From a virus (Duplodnaviria > Caudoviricetes), in the IMG/VR virus record IMGVR_UViG_3300028284_000006, positions 699 through 64,698 of that record: 64,000 nucleotides of DNA; one strand, given 5' to 3'. Made by a program: the position numbers and the translations under genes. Positions 45,914-56,000 of this stretch are shown here, piece after piece (positions within the stretch are counted from its first letter, which is position 1; each line of letters starts with the position of its first letter). A model generated the notes under the pieces. The model was not told where the DNA came from. It worked only from the letters and a program-made list of their open reading frames with translations, and ran no database searches.

Positions 45914-48334
45914 TTATCTAGGGTCGAACTCAGCTAAGTCAAAGCCATCCAACGTGTCTTCATTTGACTCAAAATTTACAGGAGGTAAGTCTTTCTTACG
46001 CTGCTCTATAAGTTTTGATTGTTGTGTGTTTTGTTTACTTATTCTGTCGTCCTTTGCCTTTTCTTTTGCTTCCTCTCTTTTAGAAAGATTGTCAGTGTCA
46101 ACTCCTTTTAAGCTCATCTGTAGATCAAACTCTAACTGCATTAACTCCGCTTTTATCGAAGCCTCTCCTCTCATTCTTTCTATATCGAAACCTGCCTTGG
46201 CTTGTGCTACTTGCATTTCTGCCTCAGCATCTAGTTGCACTTTTTGTGCTGCCATTTGACCTGCTAGCTGTTGAGATTGAATCTGACTTTGTTGTTGAGC
46301 TGCCATCTTTTGCATCTCATACTTTTGACGTTCCTTCTCTCTTCTCTTCTTCTTAACTTTCAATAATTGATTAGCTAGCTTAACGCTTCTAATCTCTCTA
46401 ATATCAATGGCATCGTCCAAGTCAATAGATTGCTTAGATAGTGCTACTTGAATATTTTGTTCTAATTGTTGTTTCTGTTCCTCGTCCGGAGCAAGTTCTA
46501 TAAATATACCAAAATCATGTATATGTAAGTCCTTAATATCATTAAGAAGACCTACGTTATACTTACCAATCTGCATTACAAACTCCTCTTTGTATGATGA
46601 GTACTCTAGTGCATCTGATATTCTACAAGATAAAGCTGTTGCTAAATCTCTAGAGATATCCATAAGACCTTCCATTACGTGCCTTGTAGCTGTGTTACTG
46701 TTTAGCGCTGCTAGTTTCTGTAAACCAACTAATGAGTTAGGATCTGGCATTGATCCGTCTCTAGCTTCATTAAGACCTGTAACATCTCTTAACATTTGTA
46801 AGTAGTGATTGTAACTACCAATAAGACTTGAAATCTTACCTTGGCTACCACTCTTAGAAAGTTCTTGAATAGGTATTCTTGCATTGTTGAACTCACCATC
46901 TTGAGTAAAACTTCTTCCTATTACAGAACCTGTTTGGAAGTAAAGTTTCAAAGCATCTTCAGGGTTGTAAGCAGAACCATTCCCTAGGTCTACTTCACTT
47001 AGTCCGTCTGCATCTATAAATACACCATCTGGCACTACCTTCTGTATTACTTGCTGTAATTTTAAGTGTGTCATTTGTATAAGGTCAGCAAATGGAATCA
47101 TTCTTCTTAATATAGATTCTATAGAGCCTTTGTACATTCTAGGTGCACAAGCAACGTAATTAGATGTCGCATTCTGTGATGCTGACTTAGGTCTAACCAT
47201 GTTCTCTGACATATTCCACTTAAGTACAATGTTAGTTCCCATGACCATAACGCCCTCGTACCAAACATCAATAACTTTCTCTATCCTTTCAAAACCTCTC
47301 TCCTCCATCATCTCTTGAGGTGGATTAAAGGTGTCTTCTTTGGATATTACTTTTTCTCCTTTTTTCTTGTAAACAAATTTCTTTGTTGTTTTATAATTGT
47401 AGTATAATAAAGTAACACTGTCTCCACTAAAAACAGAAGTATCGTAGTACTGACTGTTCCTGTAAGAGTTTGTCCAATCTTTATTTATCTCTCCTATCTC
47501 TTTTAATTCTTCTGTTGTTACTGTTGGGTCAATCTTCAAAACCTCTCCAATTGGAACTGTCTTAACTTCTCCCCAGTAATAACAATCATTAAAGTTAGGG
47601 TCTTCTGTGTAACTGTAAACAACGTTTGCTGGGTCTACATACTTAGCGACAACTCCATCTCCTGGAACAAATTCGTGCTTTGCTATACCTACACCAAGTG
47701 TTGTAAGGTCATAAAGCATTCTTTTTCTTGTGTCCTCGTATCTGTTCTCAGCAAGAACTGTATTTATAGCAGCCTCTTCAGCTAACTCTATAGATGCCTT
47801 GTAATTAAGCTGCATGTGCAACTCTAATTCATCATCAGTTTCTGGTAAATTCTCAGGATCAGTATTAAATGCGTCAACACCAAAATCATCTCTAATCTTC
47901 ATTAACACATCCTTAGAGACCATATCAGCCTCTATTGAATCTTGGTACTGATTGCGTTTCTCAGCAGACATTGAATCTTGAGCATACGCTTTTATGTCAA
48001 ACAATCTGTCTGACATTCCATTAACTACTATATCTATAAATTTAGGTATAATAGGCACTGGTGTCCAATCTAAGTTCATGTAAGACAAGTCCCCATCGAC
48101 AGCTATCTCATTCTTATACTTTGATACAGATTGCTCTGCTCTAGCATACAAACGTAACTTATGGAATGAATCCCACTGATTAAAAAACTTAGAACTACCA
48201 CCATCCCTTTTAAACCATTCATGCTGAATAGATTGACCAATTTTTAAACCAAACTCTTTTGTATTTTTTTGAGATTCGGGTACAAATTGACTAGGGAATG
48301 TAGATGGATTTATAGCTTTCTTTATTTCTCTCAT
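45914..48334 (-). CDS. Portal protein
   Basis: 806 aa after terminase; PIIPKFIDIVVNG, VTGLNEARDG; Q-rich coiled-coil barrel. Confidence 0.85.
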   Translation of the reverse strand: MREIKKAINPSTFPSQFVPESQKNTKEFGLKIGQSIQHEWFKRDGGSSKFFNQWDSFHKLRLYARAEQSVSKYKNEIAVDGDLSYMNLDWTPVPIIPKFIDIVVNGMSDRLFDIKAYAQDSMSAEKRNQYQDSIEADMVSKDVLMKIRDDFGVDAFNTDPENLPETDDELELHMQLNYKASIELAEEAAINTVLAENRYEDTRKRMLYDLTTLGVGIAKHEFVPGDGVVAKYVDPANVVYSYTEDPNFNDCYYWGEVKTVPIGEVLKIDPTVTTEELKEIGEINKDWTNSYRNSQYYDTSVFSGDSVTLLYYNYKTTKKFVYKKKGEKVISKEDTFNPPQEMMEERGFERIEKVIDVWYEGVMVMGTNIVLKWNMSENMVRPKSASQNATSNYVACAPRMYKGSIESILRRMIPFADLIQMTHLKLQQVIQKVVPDGVFIDADGLSEVDLGNGSAYNPEDALKLYFQTGSVIGRSFTQDGEFNNARIPIQELSKSGSQGKISSLIGSYNHYLQMLRDVTGLNEARDGSMPDPNSLVGLQKLAALNSNTATRHVMEGLMDISRDLATALSCRISDALEYSSYKEEFVMQIGKYNVGLLNDIKDLHIHDFGIFIELAPDEEQKQQLEQNIQVALSKQSIDLDDAIDIREIRSVKLANQLLKVKKKRREKERQKYEMQKMAAQQQSQIQSQQLAGQMAAQKVQLDAEAEMQVAQAKAGFDIERMRGEASIKAELMQLEFDLQMSLKGVDTDNLSKREEAKEKAKDDRISKQNTQQSKLIEQRKKDLPPVNFESNEDTLDGFDLAEFDPR

Positions 48335-50577
48335 TTGATTATTTCGCTAAACCTTCCTTTGTTATTATATCTTGCAAAGTTAAGACTAATTTTAGACTCT
48401 TTTTTAACTGTTTGATATAGGTGTTTTTGTATAGCCATAATAGCTAATCCTGAACTTATAGATGCATCAAACTTTGTTCTATTGTTTATATCAAAACGAG
48501 CCCAGTCATTTAATGTTTTTGAAAACATCATTGAACCCATCTCATCAGGAGACCTATAAACTCCTTCTGTGTCAATACCTACATACTTCTCTATGTATGT
48601 TTCTATAGATGCTGCGTGTGCTTGTTTTACTGCCTCAGATGAGTTTGGTATACCACCCAACTCTCTTTCGGTACCTGACAACTTGCTAGCAGATTTGTCC
48701 GGCCTGTTCATTGAATAACGTCTGTAACCCCTGTTTTTAAAGTGATACAACAGTCTTGGTTTATTATTCTCCGCTAGTATAGGCATACCATAAAACACAC
48801 AAGCCATAAGAACATCTTCAAAAAATATCTCAGCAGTTTGTGGTCTAGCCACATACTCTAAGAAGAATTCATTTGACGGTGCGTCCTCCATATGAAACTT
48901 AGTGATACCATGCAAAGCTCCGTTAGAACCTCCACCTCCTACTGTTCCAGATATATCGTAACTGTCACAACCAAAAGCACCCATATGCTCGTTACCAGGG
49001 AATTTAGAACCATTCCTTACATCAACCCTGTTCTGCAAAGTACTGTTAGGTATCCATGATACTAAGAACCTTCCTCTGTCGTTTGGTGTCCATATAACCT
49101 CAGAATCAACTTTTCCATCTCTCCAATGAAATGATCCTTTTGTTAATACTCTATCTTTTATTAAGTTATCGTTGTAATCCATCTGTTGATAGATTTTAGT
49201 CAAGTTAAATATAGATGACTTGCTTTCATCTCTGAATGCGTGTGATTCTGTTCTAGGAAATTGTCTGTAGAATTCATTTAAAGCATCAGGATCGTTTTTA
49301 AGAGACTTTACTTCATTATTCCAGTAATCAACAGCTCCTTGCTTTATTTGTTCGTTATTAACGCCTAAAATAGGCTTATCAGGACTATCAAAGACAGGCA
49401 TACCATATCTATCGATAAATCCTTCCATATTCCATTCCATAGGGATGAAAAGTGAATATAACCCGCTTTTAGTTTGACTATTTGCATTCCTTGTTCCAGG
49501 ATCAGAGTCATAATACAAGTCCTTGAAGTTATTACCACCCTTCTCTAATGCGTTGGATGTTGACCCCATCAAACACTTACCAATAATCCTACTACCCAAC
49601 CTTAAACAAGTTTTTGTTACACGCCAGTTATTTAGTATGTTGTTTGGTTTAATCCATTTACCACTCTCATCATGCACAAGTAGTAGTAGTTTCTCCCCAT
49701 CATAACTGTTATCGTCAGTATTCTTCCAGTCAATTGTTGTGTCTAACCCTGCGATTTCATCTTCATCAGAGTCATACATATTCTTTTTAGTAATCTTAGA
49801 TGCTGGAACCCTGTATGCTAATTCTGTTTTTGGTCTGTCCATACCATCCTGCACTGGCCTGAAGAAGAATGGGTAGTTACTAGATATAGGAACCACCTTG
49901 TCTGTAAACATTTTCTTTGCATCAGAACCTGTCTTTGATAACATTCCAACCCTTGAATCCTTAGCCAACGTAGCTGTGTTTACACACTCTGCTGAAGACA
50001 TAAAAGAAAAACCAGAACGTCTTATTTTTAAGTAAACCATACCAAAACATCTGTTGTCAGCCTTACACGCTTCCCAATATAAAAAGAATATCCTGTTAGC
50101 TTCCCTGAAGTCAGGGTGCCCAACATCAATCTTGGTCCATTGTAAGTACATGTAATGCGTCCCTGTTATGTATGTAGGTATTCCGTTATTGTAGAACCAA
50201 TAACCATCATCTCTCTTGTCGAACTCATACTCTATATAGTCAACCCACCTAGACTTAAAGTCTTTAGGAGCTTCGTTCCACTGAAAAATAGATTTAATTT
50301 TTTGTAATTGTTTAGGGTAGTCATGCGCTTCCCAGTACTGTTCAGATTTCTTAGAGTCTCTTCTGTAAACCTCCTTAGGGACTTGTGGTAAACCTATATT
50401 TATTCCATTGATATTTATAATATCACCCACCGTACCGTCCTTAGATATTACGACAACATCATACTTCTCATCATAACCATACTTGAACGTCTTGGCTTTG
50501 TTCTTTACCTTGAGCGCTTGGTTTGGTATAATAGATACTTTTTTATATAAATCTCTATTTTGCTCTTCTTTCTGCAA
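48331..50577 (-). CDS. terL: Terminase large subunit
   Basis: LKIRRSGFS (Walker A variant), VHDESGKW (Walker B), GSTSN, nuclease motifs GCDSYD, AENNK, KFDASISSG. Confidence 0.9.
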   Translation of the reverse strand: MQKEEQNRDLYKKVSIIPNQALKVKNKAKTFKYGYDEKYDVVVISKDGTVGDIININGINIGLPQVPKEVYRRDSKKSEQYWEAHDYPKQLQKIKSIFQWNEAPKDFKSRWVDYIEYEFDKRDDGYWFYNNGIPTYITGTHYMYLQWTKIDVGHPDFREANRIFFLYWEACKADNRCFGMVYLKIRRSGFSFMSSAECVNTATLAKDSRVGMLSKTGSDAKKMFTDKVVPISSNYPFFFRPVQDGMDRPKTELAYRVPASKITKKNMYDSDEDEIAGLDTTIDWKNTDDNSYDGEKLLLLVHDESGKWIKPNNILNNWRVTKTCLRLGSRIIGKCLMGSTSNALEKGGNNFKDLYYDSDPGTRNANSQTKSGLYSLFIPMEWNMEGFIDRYGMPVFDSPDKPILGVNNEQIKQGAVDYWNNEVKSLKNDPDALNEFYRQFPRTESHAFRDESKSSIFNLTKIYQQMDYNDNLIKDRVLTKGSFHWRDGKVDSEVIWTPNDRGRFLVSWIPNSTLQNRVDVRNGSKFPGNEHMGAFGCDSYDISGTVGGGGSNGALHGITKFHMEDAPSNEFFLEYVARPQTAEIFFEDVLMACVFYGMPILAENNKPRLLYHFKNRGYRRYSMNRPDKSASKLSGTERELGGIPNSSEAVKQAHAASIETYIEKYVGIDTEGVYRSPDEMGSMMFSKTLNDWARFDINNRTKFDASISSGLAIMAIQKHLYQTVKKESKISLNFARYNNKGRFSEIIK

Positions 50578-50836
50578 AGCTGTTCATGTCTTTTGTATTA
50601 GAACCTTCTTCTTCTATTAAAGACCTCTCTGACTCTATTCTGGATAGTATTTCGAAGGCATCAAATATAGCTAACTTCTTAGAAGCAGCAGCATTCTTTA
50701 ACCTATCAGCAGCTATTTCAGGAGACAAGTCATCAAGATTCTTCTTGATTATATCCTCCTTAGCAACCTTAATAAGTTCCTTCACAGCCTTCTCAGCTGC
50801 TCTTATAATCTCTATCTTTATTTCTTTTGAGTTCAT
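50555..50836 (-). CDS. Putative terminase small subunit
   Basis: Small helical protein overlapping the terL start. Confidence 0.45.
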   Translation of the reverse strand: MNSKEIKIEIIRAAEKAVKELIKVAKEDIIKKNLDDLSPEIAADRLKNAAASKKLAIFDAFEILSRIESERSLIEEEGSNTKDMNSFAERRAK

Positions 50837-51399
50837 TAAAGCTTTATTGTTATCATCTTAGTAAACACTCGGTAAAGTTTCTCACCATCGATATCGAATT
50901 CATATTCACTATCTGGTTTAAAGGACACTAAGTCACCATTACCAACACCCATACTAAGTAATTTGTTGTTAGTGTATCTTACAGTACCTACTAGCGGTTG
51001 TTCTGTTCCACTGTAGTCTAAGTAATACTCTTCTTTAGGAATTGGCTTAACAAAACAAAATTCATCTTTAGCCATCCATTCTCCATTATGTTTGTACAAA
51101 AAATACTGGTAGTCATCTACTAGAAATAAGTCATCTTTTAAGTAGCTTTTACCACTCCTTTGCTTACCCTTCATGTCGTAGAAGTACTTAAAAACATTAT
51201 GATGCACAATCAACGTGTCTCCTGGAGTTATATCTCCATCATAATCAATAGGTGTAGCCACAACTTCAGCATACCTGTTAGATACTGTATGATCTTCTTG
51301 AGAAGCGCTAGTTATAAAATCTATATCACCTATCTTCTTAATATTGTCGTAACGCCTCCCATCCTTTGGTTTTACTATAAAGTTAAATGGTGACCTCAT
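50836..51399 (-). CDS. GroES-like protein with duplicated fold
   Basis: Two repeats: FIVKP...AEVVATP...ITPGDTLIVHH and CFVKP...GTVRY...VGNGDLVSF...EFDIDGEKLYRV. Confidence 0.6.
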   Translation of the reverse strand: MRSPFNFIVKPKDGRRYDNIKKIGDIDFITSASQEDHTVSNRYAEVVATPIDYDGDITPGDTLIVHHNVFKYFYDMKGKQRSGKSYLKDDLFLVDDYQYFLYKHNGEWMAKDEFCFVKPIPKEEYYLDYSGTEQPLVGTVRYTNNKLLSMGVGNGDLVSFKPDSEYEFDIDGEKLYRVFTKMITIKL

Positions 51400-51400
51400 A

Positions 51401-51625
51401 TTAAAAATTTATGTTGTACTCAATAGATATCGGCATGTTTTCATTGAATTCTTTCCATAAGAGTATCTCCCCATTACCTTGAATCCATATCTTATATGAC
51501 TTACTCCCAACAACCTCTTGAATGAGATATATGACGTATAAACCATTAAGTACAGACTGGTTATGGACATAATGCATAGAGCCCGACTTGTAATCAGGCC
51601 CTATGGATATCTTTCTTATTTCCAA
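51401..51625 (-). CDS. Conserved hypothetical protein
   Basis: IRKISIGPDYK...WKEFNENMPISIEYN. Confidence 0.65.
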   Translation of the reverse strand: MEIRKISIGPDYKSGSMHYVHNQSVLNGLYVIYLIQEVVGSKSYKIWIQGNGEILLWKEFNENMPISIEYNINF

Positions 51626-51628
51626 AGT

Positions 51629-51865
51629 CTAAGCTTTTTCTTCTTCGATTTCTTTAATCGAGCCGTCTTCAATGCTAATGCTTACCTGACCGTACTCTTC
51701 TTCCAAAGTTTTCTGGAAGTCAGTTAGTTTAGCTTGAACCTCTTTGATTTGGTGATGCAAGTCGTGCTTCTGTAGTTCTAAGCCACCAATCTGTGACTGT
51801 CCTTGTTGGATTGCTCCTACTAATCCCTGTAACTCTTTTAACTGCTCTTCTGTAATTTTACTCAT
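51629..51865 (-). CDS. Small coiled-coil protein
   Basis: KITEEQL...LEEEYGQVSISIEDG. Confidence 0.65.
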   Translation of the reverse strand: MSKITEEQLKELQGLVGAIQQGQSQIGGLELQKHDLHHQIKEVQAKLTDFQKTLEEEYGQVSISIEDGSIKEIEEEKA

Positions 51866-51885
51866 AATATTTGATTTAATTTAGT

Positions 51886-52260
51886 TTATTCTTCTGTAGA
51901 CTCTTCTTCCTCAACAACAGCATCAACGATTTGCTTAGTAACTGTTGTAGGTGTAATCTTAGATTCTACTTGAGAGTCTAGTGAATCTGTAATAGAGTCC
52001 ACTTGTTCTGTTCCCATTGCAGCCTTAGTCCATGCGATAACATCGTCATGAGTTAGGTCAGCGAATGCAGTGAAGTCTGTGATGTCTTCAGTACTTAATG
52101 TTTGTGTTCCGATAATAGTACAAGAAACTGCATTACCTGCAGAGTCTAATGTATCAGATACAGCTGTAACTTGGTAGTGTACATTGTACACCACATCTGT
52201 GTTGTCTCCAACAGTCGGGTATGTGTCTACCGTTCTGCAATTCCAATTGTAAGTATTCAT
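51886..52260 (-). CDS. Tail-fibre-associated protein, paralog A
   Basis: TYNWN...DVVYNVHY...FADLTHDDVIAW. Confidence 0.6.
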   Translation of the reverse strand: MNTYNWNCRTVDTYPTVGDNTDVVYNVHYQVTAVSDTLDSAGNAVSCTIIGTQTLSTEDITDFTAFADLTHDDVIAWTKAAMGTEQVDSITDSLDSQVESKITPTTVTKQIVDAVVEEEESTEE

Positions 52261-52265
52261 ACGAT

Positions 52266-52640
52266 TTATTCTTCAGTTGTTTCTTCAGTTGCTGGGGCTG
52301 GTGTTTCCTCTGCTTGTAACCATTCTAGTTCAGTTACATCTTCTTGTGTAGGAGTAACTTTACCTTGGATACCTTTTAAGATAACCTCATCCATATGGTT
52401 TGTAGGATGGTTTGCTTGAGCCCACTCGATAACAGTAGCTTCTGTTAATGTTTCAATAGCTGAAAATGTTTCAGCATCTGGAGCAGGTACAGGGCAAGCT
52501 CCACTAAAAGTGTGAGACTCTCCTGATTCTGAGTCTGTTCCTGTGTAATCAAATCTAATGTGTGTAACTACATTAGACAGTCCGTCTAGTGTTGGTGCTT
52601 TTTTTAAAGCCGTAATTGTCCAATCGTAAGTAATATTCAT
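52266..52640 (-). CDS. Tail-fibre-associated protein, paralog B
   Basis: TYDWT...NVVTHIRF...IETLTEATVIEW; ATG at 52640. Confidence 0.6.
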   Translation of the reverse strand: MNITYDWTITALKKAPTLDGLSNVVTHIRFDYTGTDSESGESHTFSGACPVPAPDAETFSAIETLTEATVIEWAQANHPTNHMDEVILKGIQGKVTPTQEDVTELEWLQAEETPAPATEETTEE

Positions 52641-52661
52641 TTTTAGTGTTTTATTTAGTTG

Positions 52662-52669
52662 CAAATATA
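52662..52669 (-). promoter_or_regulatory. Bacteroidota -7 element
   Basis: Intergenic TATATTTG. Confidence 0.6.
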
Positions 52670-52681
52670 CAAAATATATAT

Positions 52682-53047
52682 TTAGTTTTTTGGGTTAGCA
52701 TCTTTCACTTCTTTGAGTGAAGTATAAAACGCTCCGCTTTTATCTAGTGTGCCATTATCGATGTCATGAAACAACTTATCAAGCTGTTCTGATAAATTAG
52801 GGTACGCTAACATTCTAGGCTCTACGTGAGCAGTCTCTAGTAAATGATTCTCGAAATCAGCTATCTCTTGATCCGACATAACAATTTCATTTCCTTTTAC
52901 AACAGCTCCATTCTCGTATGAATAAAAGTACGATGAATCGTAATCCGCTACCTCTACTTTTATAAAATCATCATTGTCTTTGTAGAATCTATTTGCTTTT
53001 TTCTGGGCTAAGACAAAATCACCACTTGTGTTAAATATTAATACCAT
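52682..53047 (-). CDS. Tail-fibre assembly/chaperone-like protein
   Basis: RMLAYPNLSEQLDKLFHD...KEVKDANPK; directly downstream of a fibre gene. Confidence 0.55.
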   Translation of the reverse strand: MVLIFNTSGDFVLAQKKANRFYKDNDDFIKVEVADYDSSYFYSYENGAVVKGNEIVMSDQEIADFENHLLETAHVEPRMLAYPNLSEQLDKLFHDIDNGTLDKSGAFYTSLKEVKDANPKN

Positions 53048-53056
53048 ATTATTTAT

Positions 53057-55999
53057 TTATAAATGAGTTACTCTTATATATCCATGTCCGCTACTAGTAT
53101 GTGATCCAGCATTCTTTGTTATTCTAATAGTGTTGGCATCTACATAGCTAACACTCCAGAAACCAGCATTTAAAGAACTTTGATTTATAAGGGTTTGAAC
53201 TAAAGTTATATTTGACTGTATTGTACTTCTTTGAAAATACGCTGCTTTAAACATGCACCCATAACTTGTTGAGTAATGCGTCCACCCTGCAAAAACTTCA
53301 AAGGGTTGACCTGATGCACCTATACTCTTTATATCAACGTCAAATGTTAAAGTGGAGTTTCCGTTAGCGGTAAAGCTCTCTCTGTATTCTTTTACACCGT
53401 CTATCTGCACCCTACCAGTTGTTTGTAAATCACCATCAGTAAATACATTGTTTTCTGCATAAACACCTCCTAGGATATCTAAATCTGAGTTGTGGAAAGT
53501 TGCTAGCGATCCATCATCGTCAATCTCTAAATAAGCACCGTTGTTGTCATCTGTATAATCACCTAGCTTATATACAAGGTCGTTAGGGTCTAAAAGTAAT
53601 GATTCTGAGTTGTTTGCTGACAATATCAAAGGAACACTACCTTGAGCCGCTATAGAAACATCTATCTCACTACCTGAAAGAATACCTGCTGTTCCTACAC
53701 CTTCCCATTTTATACTACCTCCTACATGCAACTTATTAGTCGGATCAGTTTCCCCTATACCTACATTACCATTAGTATTAATGGTCATTCGTACTGCAGT
53801 AGTGTCATTATTGTAAAATCTAAGTTTGTTGTCAGCTGAACTAAATTTTATAGCAGCAGCTTGCCCGTATCCAGCTTGCAAATCTCTAAATATTATACCT
53901 GACTCTGTTTCCGTATCATCAGATATAAATATATAAGGAGCACTACCTTGTACTTCTAGTTTCGCTTGAGGACTAGTCGTCCCGATACCTACGTTACCAC
54001 TAGAGATACGCATTCTTTCAGAACCTCCTTCAGTGAACAGCATATCACCTCCTAATGAATCTACACCAATTTCAAAAGTAAGGTCATTATTTTGTCTTAT
54101 CCAAGCATAATCGCTTCCAGCTATATCTCCGTTTGAAGCATCAAACCATATCCCAGCGCTTCCGCTACCAGTGCTTCTTAACGCTATTTGATGTGCTCCA
54201 GAGCTACTATCATAAATGTCAAGTTTATAGCTTGGACTAGTCGTTCCGATACCTACACTACCATTAAAAGCAGCAGAAATTAAACCCGCTGGGTTAACGT
54301 AATAATTAGTATCACCTATATCGTAGAACGCGTGAGATCTTATATCAGCTACATTTATTGTACTATTACCATTTACAATAAGTGGTTTATTGAAATAAAA
54401 ATTAGGTGTATCTGTGTATATATGAGCATAACTACTATTAGCTGGACCAAACTCTATATATCCACTTGGTGTTGTGTGCTTTAATCCACCCCATCCGTTA
54501 ACAGAACCACCTGATATATTATCCCAAGTATGTGAGTGTGCTGCAGTAGCGTATATACCTGCATGGTCACCCCAATCGTATGCCGTATTCCATTCTGTTG
54601 ATGTTCCACCAGTTGCATTTATTACGTTAAAGTTAGAAGTAGCAGATGGATCTGAGTAGTAAGACGTGTTATTGCTATCGTAAGTTATAGGTGTATATGA
54701 GCTACCAGCGACTGATAAATCTTTAACAACGTGAAACTTACCTAGATGATCATAATAATGAGGCTCTCTTCTACCTGAAGGATAACCTCCCCATATCTCC
54801 ATACCATACAAGTTAATAGATCTCCATGCGTGATCCCCAGTAGACCACGTAGGAGTAAATTCTATTCTTACAGTTTTATGGTGACCTGTAGAAGTTGTAA
54901 TGGTCTCATGCCAAGGTATAGTGTCAAAAGGAAGGTACAAGTGACCAGGCCACGAACTAACTGTAGCGCTAGAGCTAGTATGTTGATGCCACGAGGCGTT
55001 AGATTGATTATACTTCCATACATGAACCTGCGTATTATGACTATTACTAGACCAATAAGCATACATAGCGTTAGCATAATGATAATTGTTTCCAACAAAC
55101 TCTACTCTAAATTTATAAGCCCCGCTAGGTATTACAACGTTTGAGTTTTTTGTTCTTAAAAATCTACGTTTATCGTCATCAGAGTACGTGGTTATTTCTA
55201 CCCAAGCGCTACTGCTCGTATCTTGCTTCCAAAAAGTTAAATCAGATAAATCATCGTAGTTGTTAGCTAAAGTGGTCTTAGGTACAAACTGATTATCAAA
55301 CAAAGCCATTTCACTGACAGTAGGTGAACCTAGGTTGTTTCTAGGTATTCCTGAAGCTGCTTGAGTAAATGTGTTTCCTTGAATGTCTGCGTTTACGTCT
55401 AGATTACCTGAAAGAACACCACCTGTTAAAGGTAGGTAATTGTGTCCATGTGAAGCTAAAGCAAAAGCAGAAGCATGGTTACCGTCAACAGTATCAGCGT
55501 CTAGTCCAGAACCTGAACCGTCAGTTTCAGCTGTCCATACTTTATGACCTTTCCAATAAAGAACTCGGTCTGTTCTCATTTCTAAAAACCCTCCGTAATT
55601 ACCACTAATATGAAACGCAATACCTGTTGTCGTGTTATTATAAGACTCAGTCCACAATGCAGCAGTAGTATAATTACCGTTGGTTTGTGATCTTCTGAAT
55701 CTACCTTTAGTTGCTATAAGCTCGTTTAAGTTAGAAGTGCTTGCTCCGTCTATATAATAATTAGTATCATTAATATCATAATATATAGGCGCTTTTATGT
55801 TTACAGCATTCTGTATACTGTTATAAAAATAAAAGTTTTCTCTATCGGTCTCCATATGAAGATGCGAGCTATTCGCTGCACCTATTCTAAACCACCCATG
55901 CTGATTTTGACCTACAAATCTTTCGTTGTCACTTGCGTATAACACAGGGTAATTTTGATGCCCTGAATGTAATTTTAATTTATCTATTCTAAATCCCAT
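53057..55999 (-). CDS. Modular tail fibre (hybrid FYD and GNVGIG repeats)
   Basis: 980 aa; 3 YD..T.YY repeats, 3 VGIG repeats, DGSGSGLDAD motif. Confidence 0.8.
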   Translation of the reverse strand: MGFRIDKLKLHSGHQNYPVLYASDNERFVGQNQHGWFRIGAANSSHLHMETDRENFYFYNSIQNAVNIKAPIYYDINDTNYYIDGASTSNLNELIATKGRFRRSQTNGNYTTAALWTESYNNTTTGIAFHISGNYGGFLEMRTDRVLYWKGHKVWTAETDGSGSGLDADTVDGNHASAFALASHGHNYLPLTGGVLSGNLDVNADIQGNTFTQAASGIPRNNLGSPTVSEMALFDNQFVPKTTLANNYDDLSDLTFWKQDTSSSAWVEITTYSDDDKRRFLRTKNSNVVIPSGAYKFRVEFVGNNYHYANAMYAYWSSNSHNTQVHVWKYNQSNASWHQHTSSSATVSSWPGHLYLPFDTIPWHETITTSTGHHKTVRIEFTPTWSTGDHAWRSINLYGMEIWGGYPSGRREPHYYDHLGKFHVVKDLSVAGSSYTPITYDSNNTSYYSDPSATSNFNVINATGGTSTEWNTAYDWGDHAGIYATAAHSHTWDNISGGSVNGWGGLKHTTPSGYIEFGPANSSYAHIYTDTPNFYFNKPLIVNGNSTINVADIRSHAFYDIGDTNYYVNPAGLISAAFNGSVGIGTTSPSYKLDIYDSSSGAHQIALRSTGSGSAGIWFDASNGDIAGSDYAWIRQNNDLTFEIGVDSLGGDMLFTEGGSERMRISSGNVGIGTTSPQAKLEVQGSAPYIFISDDTETESGIIFRDLQAGYGQAAAIKFSSADNKLRFYNNDTTAVRMTINTNGNVGIGETDPTNKLHVGGSIKWEGVGTAGILSGSEIDVSIAAQGSVPLILSANNSESLLLDPNDLVYKLGDYTDDNNGAYLEIDDDGSLATFHNSDLDILGGVYAENNVFTDGDLQTTGRVQIDGVKEYRESFTANGNSTLTFDVDIKSIGASGQPFEVFAGWTHYSTSYGCMFKAAYFQRSTIQSNITLVQTLINQSSLNAGFWSVSYVDANTIRITKNAGSHTSSGHGYIRVTHL

Positions 56000-56000
56000 A

